64,000 nt of DNA from an uncultured Candidatus Saccharibacteria bacterium (GTDB lineage: Bacteria; Patescibacteriota; Saccharimonadia; Saccharimonadales; JAGQNJ01): NCBI GenBank assembly GCA_964493895.1, contig CAZBPY010000004.1, positions 13,271 through 77,270 of the forward strand, read 5' to 3'. The position numbers and the translations under genes were made by a program. The notes beneath the pieces are model-generated. The model saw only the letters and a list, made by a program, of their open reading frames with translations, did not search any database and was not told the origin of the DNA. Below, piece after piece: positions 6,911-15,637 of this stretch; position 1 is the stretch's first letter, and the number at the start of each line of letters is the position of its first letter.

Positions 6911-9208
6911 ATGGCCAGCGCTAAAAATTTAGTAATCGTCGAGTCACCAGCCAAGGCTAAGACTATCGAGAAGTATTTGGGTAAAGACTTTGTGGTCAAG
7001 TCCAGCATGGGCCATGTCCGGTCGTTGCCCAGTAAAAACGGCAGTGTTGACGTCAAAAATAAGTTCAAGCCAGTATATGAAGTCGATCCGGACAAGACTA
7101 AAGTTATCAACGATCTTAAAAAGGCCGCCAAAGCTGCTAGCACCGTCTGGCTGGCCTCTGATGAGGACCGCGAAGGCGAGGCTATTGCCTGGCATTTGGC
7201 CGAGGTTTTAGGCCTAAACCCCAAAACAACAAAAAGGATTGCTTTCCATGAAATCACCCAATCAGCCTTGGATGAAGCGATTAAAAATCCCCGAACTATC
7301 GATGATAAATTAGTGGAGGCTCAGCAGGCACGGCAATCTCTGGATTATTTAGTGGGGTTTGAGCTAAGCCCGGTTCTGTGGCGCAAAGTGGCTCCCAGCC
7401 TAAGCGCCGGCCGTGTCCAATCGGTGGCCGTGCGACTGATTGTTGAGCGCGAGCGCGAAATCCAGGATTTCAAACCGGAAACAACCTTCAAACTTAAGGC
7501 TGTTTTTAAGCTGTCGGATGGTACAGAAATGACGGCTGAAAGTCCGACCAAGTTCAAGACCGCAGCCGCGGCTAAAAAAGTCCTGGAGGAATTTTCCAAG
7601 TCTGATTTTGAAATCGCCGATATTACTCAAAAACCGGGCAGTCGTAACCCGTCGGCGCCGTTTACAACCAGTACGCTGCAGCAAGAAGCCAGCCAAAAAT
7701 TAGGTTATAGCCCACGTCAGACCATGCAACTGGCTCAGCGTCTATACGAAGCCGGTCACATCACCTATATGCGTACCGACTCGCTGAACCTGTCAAAAAC
7801 ATCGCTGGCAGCTATGGGCAGTTACGTCAAGAAGGAACACGGCGACAAGTATTATCAATCGCGCAATTTTAAGGCTAAGACTGCCGGAGCCCAAGAGGCT
7901 CACGAAGCTATCCGGCCGACCGATGTTAAAAAGACCGAAGCTGGGGCAGATGATAAGCAGAAAAAGCTTTACAAACTCATCTGGCGCCGAGCAGTGGCCA
8001 GCCAGATGGCTCCGGCGACGATTGAAAAAACTACGGTCAGCATCAAGGCCAGTAAGTCATCCGAAGTTCTTGAGGCTAAAGGTGAAGTGGTGATTTTCGA
8101 TGGTTTTTTGAAAGTTTATGGCCGTTCTAAAGATGATACGCTGTTGCCGCCGGTCAAAGCTGGCGACAAATTGAAATTGCAATCAGCCGATGCTACTGAA
8201 ACCCTCTCTCGAGCGCCAGCACGCTATACCGAAGCTTCATTAGTCAAAAAATTGGAAGAAATGGGCATTGGCCGACCATCAACTTATGCGCCGACGATCA
8301 ACACCATACAGGCTCGAGGTTATGTCGAGCGAGCCGACGTTGAAGGTGAAGAACGCCAAATAACCAAAGTTGTCCTTCAGAGCGGCAAGGTTACTGAAAC
8401 CCAGGAGCCTTTCATGTACGGCCGCGATAGCAACAAACTAGTGCCGACCGACACCGGGCTGGTTGTGACGGACTTTTTGGTTAAGTATTTTGCCGATGTT
8501 ATGGACTACGATTTCACTAAAGATATAGAGGAAGAACTGGACGACATCGCCGAAGGCAAGAAAGACCGGATTATGGTTCTCGAACACTTCTACGGACCGT
8601 TTCACAAACTAGTCGAAGCCAGTGGTGAGGTGAGCCGCGCTGAAGCATCGCAGGCCCGGTTAGTCGGGCTGGACCCCAAGGGCAAGGTGCCGATTTATGC
8701 TCGCTTTGGCCGCTATGGCCCGATGCTTCAGCGCGGCGAGCAGTCCGACGATCCTAAACCAACCTTCGCGCCGCTTCCACAAGGCCGCAAAATTGACGAT
8801 GTCACCCTGGACGAAGCCCTAGAAATGTTCAAACTACCGCGCCTTGTGGGCAAAACCGACAAAAACGAGGAAATTATCGCTAACATTGGTCGCTATGGAC
8901 CCTATATAAAAGTTGGCGATCTGTTCGTGTCGATCAAGCCGCACGATCCGTTCACCATCGATGAAAAAACCGCTAACAAGCTCTACAAAGAAAAACTTGC
9001 CGCCGAAAGGAAGAAAAATGTGGCTGAATTTCCGTCAGGCATCAAGGTCTTAATCGGCCCCTACGGCCCCTATATCACCGACGGTAAGAAGAATGCCAAA
9101 ATCCCAAAGGACGTCGAACCCAAGGATGTCACCGAAGAGCAAGCCAAAAAACTCCTTGAAGAAGCTCCAGCCCGCAAAAAGCACCCAACCCGTCGCAATC
9201 TCTCGTGA
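6911..9208 (+). CDS. topA: DNA topoisomerase I
   Basis: 765 aa. TOPRIM LVIVESPAKAKTIEKYLG and ASDEDREGE. Active-site region GHITYMRTDS. Basic C-terminal repeats. Confidence 0.96.
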   Translation: MASAKNLVIVESPAKAKTIEKYLGKDFVVKSSMGHVRSLPSKNGSVDVKNKFKPVYEVDPDKTKVINDLKKAAKAASTVWLASDEDREGEAIAWHLAEVLGLNPKTTKRIAFHEITQSALDEAIKNPRTIDDKLVEAQQARQSLDYLVGFELSPVLWRKVAPSLSAGRVQSVAVRLIVEREREIQDFKPETTFKLKAVFKLSDGTEMTAESPTKFKTAAAAKKVLEEFSKSDFEIADITQKPGSRNPSAPFTTSTLQQEASQKLGYSPRQTMQLAQRLYEAGHITYMRTDSLNLSKTSLAAMGSYVKKEHGDKYYQSRNFKAKTAGAQEAHEAIRPTDVKKTEAGADDKQKKLYKLIWRRAVASQMAPATIEKTTVSIKASKSSEVLEAKGEVVIFDGFLKVYGRSKDDTLLPPVKAGDKLKLQSADATETLSRAPARYTEASLVKKLEEMGIGRPSTYAPTINTIQARGYVERADVEGEERQITKVVLQSGKVTETQEPFMYGRDSNKLVPTDTGLVVTDFLVKYFADVMDYDFTKDIEEELDDIAEGKKDRIMVLEHFYGPFHKLVEASGEVSRAEASQARLVGLDPKGKVPIYARFGRYGPMLQRGEQSDDPKPTFAPLPQGRKIDDVTLDEALEMFKLPRLVGKTDKNEEIIANIGRYGPYIKVGDLFVSIKPHDPFTIDEKTANKLYKEKLAAERKKNVAEFPSGIKVLIGPYGPYITDGKKNAKIPKDVEPKDVTEEQAKKLLEEAPARKKHPTRRNLS

Positions 9209-9224
9209 TGCTACAATATAATTC

Positions 9225-9770
9225 ATGAGAGAAATTGAGATCAAGGCCCCAGTTGAAGATCTGGACAGAGTACGCCAGGCACTAGAAAAGCAGGGGTTGA
9301 AGTTCTCGAAGCCAATCAAACAATACGACCGAATCTACTACACAGAAGGTACGCCGGATAATGAACCGGGTTCTGTCTGGTTGCGCATTCGAGTCGAAAA
9401 CGACAGAAGGGCTATATTTACGGTCAAGAAAGCGACTAGTATTATGCTTGATTCCATCGAATACGAAACTGAGGTTTCCAATGCAGAAACACTTAGGGAT
9501 ATGGTACTGGCAATGGGGTACAAACCATATTTTGAAATCACTAAAACACGAGAAAAGGCCAAACAGGGAGATATTGAATACTGTCTTGATGATGTTGAAG
9601 GGTTGGGTATGTTTATTGAGGCCGAGAAATTGGTCCCTGAATCTGCTGATGGTAAAGCCATACGGCTAGAGCTCTGGAATAAGCTTAGAGCCGTAGGAAT
9701 TAAGAAAACTAGTAAGGAGTTGCCTGGATATGATGTCCTCCTTCGCAACAGGCGGCAGAAGTCGCCTTAG
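9225..9770 (+). CDS. CYTH-domain protein (class IV adenylate cyclase / triphosphate tunnel metalloenzyme family)
   Basis: N-terminal ExExK signature (MREIEIKAP). 181 aa, with an alternating beta-strand pattern typical of CYTH. Confidence 0.75.
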   Translation: MREIEIKAPVEDLDRVRQALEKQGLKFSKPIKQYDRIYYTEGTPDNEPGSVWLRIRVENDRRAIFTVKKATSIMLDSIEYETEVSNAETLRDMVLAMGYKPYFEITKTREKAKQGDIEYCLDDVEGLGMFIEAEKLVPESADGKAIRLELWNKLRAVGIKKTSKELPGYDVLLRNRRQKSP

Positions 9771-9963
9771 CTCTAGCTTTATATAGCTTTACAATGAGCT
9801 CAGGGGTAAAATAACGCATAAGAACCGCGGAGTTACATTGTATGCTGGACTTTCCCACAAGTTTACATCTGTTGCAAGAAGAGGGTGTTGTAATATTAGG
9901 GGGACTTAAAGGTGCATTTTAGGCCATTTTGTGCTAAAATGTGGTAAGAAGACGCGAAAAGTC

Positions 9964-9992
9964 TTGACTTTTAAAAGCTTAGGTTTTATAAT
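9964..9992 (+). promoter_or_regulatory. Sigma-70-type promoter for the sigma-region-4/HARE-HTH gene
   Basis: TTGACT (9964-9969), 17-nt spacer, TATAAT (9987-9992). Confidence 0.55.
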
Positions 9993-10034
9993 TACGCTTA
10001 ACAGGTGGAAAAATTAACTAAAGAGAAGGCAAAT

Positions 10035-11072
10035 ATGGCAGAACCAACCCCAACCCTCAATGTAGAACAAGCCGTGAAGGCGGTAGTTGAGACTATCGAT
10101 AAAGAGCGCGAGCGTGAAATTGTTTCGCGGCGCTTTGGCCTTAATGATCGCAAAGAGACGTTGGAGCAGATTGGTGAGCTGCTTGGCATTACTCGTGAAC
10201 GAGTTCGCCAGTTAGAGAAGGCTGTCGTTTTGCGCCTGAAAGCTCAAGCCGAGAAGGGCGAGTTGCCAGGAATGGCCAACGTTGAGGCTGAGTTGGTTAA
10301 TTTGATTACCGAAATGGGCTCTGCAGCTCGAATTCAAGATCTCAGCGCTAAGCTGACCTCTGAAAACTCCCGTGTCGATCAGGCTAGGGTAGCTTTTCTG
10401 ACCCGGCTTTGTCCAAAACTGACTGTCATCGATGAAAACGACTTTTATTACCAGGGTGCGGCTCTGGCCAATAAATATAGTGATAAACAGCTTAAAAAGC
10501 GGGTTGAGGATGTAGTCGCCGCCGTCAAACAAGTCGGCGAGCCAAGCTCTATCGATCGTATTGCTGAAGCCGACGGGAAGGGAAGCCCGGAAGAAGTCGC
10601 CGCTCTGGCCAGCCTGTCCAAGCAACTGGCAACTCTGAACGGCCGTTGGGGGCTTATCAAGTGGCCGATGGTTAATCCCAAGAACATTCGCGACAAGATT
10701 TACATTATTCTGTTTGAGAACGGGAAGTACATGCACTTTTCTGAGATTGCTGACGCCATCAAGAAGTCAGATTTCCGCCGCAAAGACGTCACCACTCAAG
10801 CTATCCACAACGAACTAATCAAGGACAAGCGTTTTGTCCTAGTCGGACGAGGCATCTATGCTCTGAAGGAATGGGGCTATAAGAAGGGCACAGTGGCCGA
10901 TGTTATCACCGAAGTTCTCAAAAAAGCCGGTGAGCCTTTGCACCGCGACGAAATCGTCAAGCGAGTGCTTAAAGACCGTTACGTCAAAGAAACTACTATC
11001 CTGTTGAACTTACAGGGCAAACCGCAATTCAAGCGCGTCGCCAAAGCTACCTACACTCTTGCCGACGCTTAA
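10035..11072 (+). CDS. Sigma-70 region-4-like HTH fused to a C-terminal HARE-HTH (RNAP delta-subunit-like) domain
   Basis: RFGLNDRKETLEQIGELLGITRERVRQLEKAVVLRLK resembles region 4.2. MHFSEIADAIKK...IHNELIKDKRFVLVGRGIYALKEWGY resembles HARE-HTH. ATG 10035 has the SD AGAAGG. The ORF track extends to GTG 10005. Confidence 0.7.
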   Translation: MAEPTPTLNVEQAVKAVVETIDKEREREIVSRRFGLNDRKETLEQIGELLGITRERVRQLEKAVVLRLKAQAEKGELPGMANVEAELVNLITEMGSAARIQDLSAKLTSENSRVDQARVAFLTRLCPKLTVIDENDFYYQGAALANKYSDKQLKKRVEDVVAAVKQVGEPSSIDRIAEADGKGSPEEVAALASLSKQLATLNGRWGLIKWPMVNPKNIRDKIYIILFENGKYMHFSEIADAIKKSDFRRKDVTTQAIHNELIKDKRFVLVGRGIYALKEWGYKKGTVADVITEVLKKAGEPLHRDEIVKRVLKDRYVKETTILLNLQGKPQFKRVAKATYTLADA

Positions 11073-11099
11073 ACAAATTAGTAAATCCATATTATAGCT

Positions 11100-11729
11100 A
11101 TGAGAGTAGACCGATATCCTGGTAATGCCCCGTTTGAGTTCAGCCGTCAGAATCTAGGCGAAATTGCTCGTTGTTTGTTCGATTTGCGCTCGTCAGATTT
11201 TCCTAATGCCGGTCTAGAATTGGTTCGGGATCCAAAGAGTTTTCAGCAAAATCGTTTTGATGATATCTACGACTTCTCGCTGGCCAGACAACTGCCGGAG
11301 TTGTTTCGGTTCAATCCAGACACCATTTTGTTTACAGCTAAATCCGCTATACCTCTAGCCGATACCATTAGAGGAGCTTATGATAGTGCCCAGGCATCTC
11401 ACCCCAACTTGGCTATAATCAACACCGAGAACGGTGAAGCCGTTACTACTGATTATGAACGCCGGCAGCTAGAACCGGTTGTTGCCGAACAGCGTGTTGC
11501 TGTGGTAGATCAATTTGCAGCCACCGGAAGGACTATACTTTCATGCCTTGAATTCTGTTCCGACCTTAAAAGTACAGACTCAATAGCCATAGCTGGCCGT
11601 TGGTATGATGAGGTGGTTGACGCCAGTATGATTGACTATTCAGAAGTTTCATCAACCCTAGCCCCAGAAATGAAGTCATTAGGTCGACAATGCCTTTTTG
11701 TCGAAGGGATGCCGCCGTTGGCAGCCTAA
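11100..11729 (+). CDS. Phosphoribosyltransferase-like protein (hypothetical)
   Basis: PRTase-type PRPP loop VAVVDQFAATGRTI. The remainder is unassigned. Confidence 0.4.
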   Translation: MRVDRYPGNAPFEFSRQNLGEIARCLFDLRSSDFPNAGLELVRDPKSFQQNRFDDIYDFSLARQLPELFRFNPDTILFTAKSAIPLADTIRGAYDSAQASHPNLAIINTENGEAVTTDYERRQLEPVVAEQRVAVVDQFAATGRTILSCLEFCSDLKSTDSIAIAGRWYDEVVDASMIDYSEVSSTLAPEMKSLGRQCLFVEGMPPLAA

Positions 11730-11928
11730 ACTGCAAAACTTTTATTATGTACATTTTGCGAACATGGCTTATAGACGGATGGTATGTAGTATAAGACATA
11801 TGTTCAAGTTAACAATAATAGAGCGCTGGTGGGTAGAGTAGGAACAAGAACAAAAACAAAATAAAAACTAAGATCGAAAAATCAACATAAATCTAGGCGA
11901 TAGAGCATGCCCCGCAAGCCTAGACAAT

Positions 11929-11956
11929 ATGTCGCACAATGTATATTTTGCGACAT
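11929..11956. other. dif-like 28-bp site (11-bp arm, 6-bp centre, 11-bp arm)
   Basis: ATGTCGCACAA TGTATA TTTTGCGACAT. The arms are near-perfect inverted repeats. The central hexamer is identical to E. coli dif, and 19 of 28 positions match it by my count. The site lies in the only +/- convergent strand-switch gap. Confidence 0.3.
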
Positions 11957-12126
11957 GCATATATGGATTTAAGTTGATTGATGATACCTCTCTAACAGGG
12001 GAGTTTCTGACTATTTAAAACTGTGTGCTCCTAAAATGCCCTGATTGCCGCACTACGCTACAACTACAGCCTTGCGTTAGTCTATATTTAGATATGTGGG
12101 CTATGTCGCTTTTTGATTGAAGTATT

Positions 12127-12158
12127 AAATCCACAGTTTCATCCACAAGTTTTCCACA
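12127..12158 (+). repeat. Three tandem DnaA-box-like 9-mers
   Basis: aaATCCACA (12127-12135), TcATCCACA (12139-12147) and TTtTCCACA (12150-12158), compared with TTATCCACA. All have the same orientation at 11-12 bp spacing and are followed by a ~140-bp AT-rich tract. Confidence 0.35.
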
Positions 12159-12376
12159 ACAATATTTGCAATATTTGACTTTTCCTTTTTTTGATATCTT
12201 TTTATGCTTATTCCCTGCACCTTCACTATTTTCACAAAAGTTTGACTTTTCACGTTTGTGATATTATTTTATATATTTTTGTGATAACTCATATGTTAGC
12301 ATACTGAACATTTTCCGAACATGAGTAGTGAAGAACGGGGGTACTCTACCTAGTCGCTTCATTGGTGCGCATGGGG

Positions 12377-13291
12377 TTACTTATAGTAAACTCGCTCTTC
12401 AACTCGAACGTCAATATATTCGGCTGGCACTGTCTTCTTCCCCTCTAAGTATTGATTGGCAGCCAGGTAGGTGCCAACCTGTTGCAAGGCATCGGCTGTG
12501 GTGGTGAATTTAACGTAGTAGGGTTTGCCGGCTATATAGACGTTAGCTTCCCCAGCCCGGGCTGGTAACTCTATCCGAGCCACACTCAGACCTTTAGCCG
12601 CCAGTTGATCACGCACCGTCCGCATAAATCCAACATCGTGGCCAGTTAGTACCTGCCCGCCCGGCTTCAAGGCCAAGGTGGCGGCATCTTTAACCTGAAT
12701 TAGGCCCAAAGAACTGAGGTCACTAACCTGGTCAGCGGCAATGACTGCCCTGCCCTTTTCATCGATTACAAACTGCTGGCCGCCGTTTTCCAACACCAAC
12801 ACTGGCTCGGCCACCTGAACATAAACAATTGGCGTCCGACTCATAATCGGCAGCACCACCGCGACATTGGTTATCTCTAAGAACTGCTCTTCCAGCTGCT
12901 CTTCAATAGCTTTAGTATCTAGGGTTAGTTTGACTTTATTGAGCGGCGAATTATTGAACAGCTTCTGAGCCGCCTTCTGATACTCTTGGAGCGGTCTAAG
13001 TATCGCCGAACTGGCCACGTTCTGTTCGTTGACTACTGTTATCTTAGGTGTCGAAGACAATGACAAGGCCCAAGCTGCGCTGGCGATAATCATCAGACCG
13101 GCGATAAGTGTCGGCAGATGCTGTAAACGGGACTTTACCCGAGTCCATACCGATGGTCTGTCTCGTGATTGTCGAGCGTCAAATTCGGTGTCACGATTTT
13201 GGTAATAGGAAAAAACCGCTTGGTTTTTGGACGGCTGCTTGCCGGCGGCTCGACGACCCTTGGACTCGGTTTGCTTCGATTTTTTGAACAT
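12377..13291 (-). CDS. ftsQ: Cell division protein FtsQ/DivIB-like (single TM plus POTRA-like domain)
   Basis: A basic N-terminus followed by the TM segment LPTLIAGLMIIASAAWAL. Sits last in the dcw cluster, right after murG (2-nt gap). Confidence 0.6.
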   Translation of the reverse strand: MFKKSKQTESKGRRAAGKQPSKNQAVFSYYQNRDTEFDARQSRDRPSVWTRVKSRLQHLPTLIAGLMIIASAAWALSLSSTPKITVVNEQNVASSAILRPLQEYQKAAQKLFNNSPLNKVKLTLDTKAIEEQLEEQFLEITNVAVVLPIMSRTPIVYVQVAEPVLVLENGGQQFVIDEKGRAVIAADQVSDLSSLGLIQVKDAATLALKPGGQVLTGHDVGFMRTVRDQLAAKGLSVARIELPARAGEANVYIAGKPYYVKFTTTADALQQVGTYLAANQYLEGKKTVPAEYIDVRVEERVYYK

Positions 13292-13293
13292 GT

Positions 13294-14445
13294 TTATCTG
13301 TTTTTGACTATCTCTACGATTATATCAGCTAATTCGTCGGCGGCATCTGTTTTAGCTAAAGCCGATATGTTTTTAGCCAGGGCCTGCCGCTCGCGCGCTG
13401 AACGCAGCAGTTGACTGATGGTCTGTTCAAAAGCCGCTGGCCGAGCGGCTTGATCTTCAGCCACCACCACCACAGCATGCTGATGGGCCAAAAACTTAGC
13501 ATTTTTGATTTGCTGGCCATCAGTCAGCTGTGGATTGGGCACCAAGATACAGGCTTTGGCCTGAACAGCAAGTTCAGCTATGGTAGTAGCTCCAGCCCGA
13601 GCAATTACCAAGTCAGCCGCCGCTGTAAAATCAGCTAGCTTTTCAGTAAAAGCCACCTCCTGAATTCTGTCACGCAGGCCGGCCGGCAAAGCCGAATAAA
13701 CCGAAGTCTGGCTGCCGGTTTGATGAATAATCCGCAGGTTTCCAAACGATTCCAGCAGTGAGCCGGCAACATCGGCAAACCATTCATTCAAGCGAGCAGC
13801 ACCCAGACTGCCACCAGTAATGGTTATCACTAGACTGTCAGTTGGCAATTTTAATCGCCGTCTCAGCCGTAATTTGTCTTCTTTAGAGACTGATTTATAG
13901 GTCTTATTCAATGGAATGCCAGTATAGCGAACTTTAGCTTTTGGGTAGTTATAGAACTCCGGCGGCATGCCAACGGCGTGATAAACAGCTCCGCCGGCAA
14001 TTAGCCGGTTGGCTAGTCCGGGCGTAGCATCAGAGTCATGGGTAAAGTATGGTATTCGGCGCAGGCGGCAAGCAAAACCAATCGGCACCCCCACAAAGCC
14101 GCCTTTAATAAAAACTACATCTGGTCGAACCCGGCTCAGAAGAGTTAGGCTTTGAAAAAACCCAGCAGTAAAATAAAACACATCGCGCAAATTTAATAAG
14201 TTGGTCTTAACATCTAACAGGTGTGACCAAAATGACTCACCATGATAGCGCCGGAACTTCCCGGCCCTAATGGTGTAATAACGATCCAGATCTTTAGACT
14301 TTCGCGGCAAGTCCTCAAACCGGCTACCCTTTTCTAATACGTAGGATATGGTGGCTTTCGGCTGATGAATACGAAGCTTATGAGCGACGGCTAGAAGGGG
14401 CGTAATGTGTCCCCCGCTGCCCCCGCCAACTAGCAGAACTCTCAC
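13294..14445 (-). CDS. murG: UDP-N-acetylglucosamine--N-acetylmuramyl-(pentapeptide) pyrophosphoryl-undecaprenol GlcNAc transferase
   Basis: MRVLLVGGGSGGHITPLLAV N-terminus. ARAGATTIAEL near the C-terminal domain. 383 aa. Confidence 0.93.
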   Translation of the reverse strand: MRVLLVGGGSGGHITPLLAVAHKLRIHQPKATISYVLEKGSRFEDLPRKSKDLDRYYTIRAGKFRRYHGESFWSHLLDVKTNLLNLRDVFYFTAGFFQSLTLLSRVRPDVVFIKGGFVGVPIGFACRLRRIPYFTHDSDATPGLANRLIAGGAVYHAVGMPPEFYNYPKAKVRYTGIPLNKTYKSVSKEDKLRLRRRLKLPTDSLVITITGGSLGAARLNEWFADVAGSLLESFGNLRIIHQTGSQTSVYSALPAGLRDRIQEVAFTEKLADFTAAADLVIARAGATTIAELAVQAKACILVPNPQLTDGQQIKNAKFLAHQHAVVVVAEDQAARPAAFEQTISQLLRSARERQALAKNISALAKTDAADELADIIVEIVKNR

Positions 14446-15637
14446 GGCGTGAACCCTCCTTTACATCCAAGCTGACTCGGAAATTGGTATAGCGCGACAC
14501 GGCAAAAACCAGGCCGACAGCAGCTCCTACAAACATCAAACTAGTGCCACCGTAACTAACAAACGGTAAAGTGATTCCTTTTAGCGGCAGCAGCCCCACC
14601 ATGGCGCCGATGTTAATTACAGCCTGGGTACTCAGCCAAGCCAAAACTCCGGCAACAAGTAGGCGCATGTAATCGTCTGGGGCGCGTTCGAAAATTCTCA
14701 TAATTCGGGCAAACAAGCCGACGAATAAACCAATTAGCACCGCTGATCCCAGAAAGCCAAATTTCTCGGCATAAATAGCGAAAATTGAATCGTTAGCTGC
14801 CTCTGGTAAGTAGCCGTAAGCCTGAACACTTCGAGCTAATCCCAAGCCAAACATACCGCCGGAGCCGACGGCAATCAGGGCTTGGCAAGACTGGTAACCT
14901 GCTCCCTGGCAATCGGCAGTCGGATTTAAGAATGTTTCTACCCTAGACCGCCGATAAGCACTAGTGGAAATAGCTAAAAATAAGCCAATTAAAACCACCC
15001 CGGCCACTATCACAATGCGTTTCATAGGCATACCGGCCACAAATGCCATTGCTGACATAATGGCCACCATAACAGCTGCCGATCCCAGATCGGACTGCAG
15101 AACAGCCACCACCGCTCCGATAATACCTAGGGCAATTAACAGAGGTTTGAGAGTCTTATTCCAATCACTAAGAGTCCCCTCTCTAATGCGAGCAGTTAAA
15201 AAGCCAGCCAGCCAGACCACTAGAGCAAATTTGATTAATTCAGCCACTTGGAAAGAAAAGCCGCCTACTTGAATCCACCGGTAGGCGCCATTAACTTGCT
15301 CGCCAAAAATACGCACAGCTACCGCTGAAAAGCCAGCTATGTATAACAGGGGTCGCTCAAATCGCTTCCAGGTAGTTGGCCGAATATTGCCGACAGCTAT
15401 AAAGGCAGCTACCCCTAAAGCAATGGCAATTAACTGTTTAGAAACATAATAATTGTCCGAAACGTTATTTTGAGCCGCTAGGGCCGGACTTATGGCGAAA
15501 ACCGTAATTAGACCGACTGCCATAAGAATTACGCTTAAAAGCGGCAGTATGTAGTCTGGGCGGTGCCTGCGAGCAATGGTTTCATCAGTTCGCTGCAAAG
15601 ACGAGGACCGCCGTTCGGCCGTTTTGACAGCTCTCAT
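14378..15637 (-). CDS. ftsW: SEDS-family peptidoglycan polymerase FtsW/RodA
   Basis: Ten-TM profile with GYQSCQALIAVGSGGMFGLGL. Start placed at the ATG that overlaps the mraY stop (ATGA at 15637-15634). The ORF-track N-extension lies inside mraY. Confidence 0.9.
   Translation of the reverse strand: MRAVKTAERRSSSLQRTDETIARRHRPDYILPLLSVILMAVGLITVFAISPALAAQNNVSDNYYVSKQLIAIALGVAAFIAVGNIRPTTWKRFERPLLYIAGFSAVAVRIFGEQVNGAYRWIQVGGFSFQVAELIKFALVVWLAGFLTARIREGTLSDWNKTLKPLLIALGIIGAVVAVLQSDLGSAAVMVAIMSAMAFVAGMPMKRIVIVAGVVLIGLFLAISTSAYRRSRVETFLNPTADCQGAGYQSCQALIAVGSGGMFGLGLARSVQAYGYLPEAANDSIFAIYAEKFGFLGSAVLIGLFVGLFARIMRIFERAPDDYMRLLVAGVLAWLSTQAVINIGAMVGLLPLKGITLPFVSYGGTSLMFVGAAVGLVFAVSRYTNFRVSLDVKEGSRRESSASWRGQRGTHYAPSSRRS

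Noticed and set aside
12127-12300. DnaA-box trio plus an AT-rich tract interpreted as the chromosomal origin (oriC).
   Set aside because: The flanking genes converge on this gap. If it were an origin, essential operons on both sides would be head-on to replication. No dnaA or dnaN is adjacent, and the boxes are imperfect. I kept it as a lower-priority finding but do not call it oriC.
14378-14445. The 68-nt overlap between the ftsW 3-prime end and the murG 5-prime end, as a possible frameshift or fusion.
   Set aside because: The murG N-terminus (MRVLLVGGGSGGH) is canonical and ftsW has all its TM segments before the overlap. A long overlap is consistent with the general compaction seen in this window, so there is no evidence of error.
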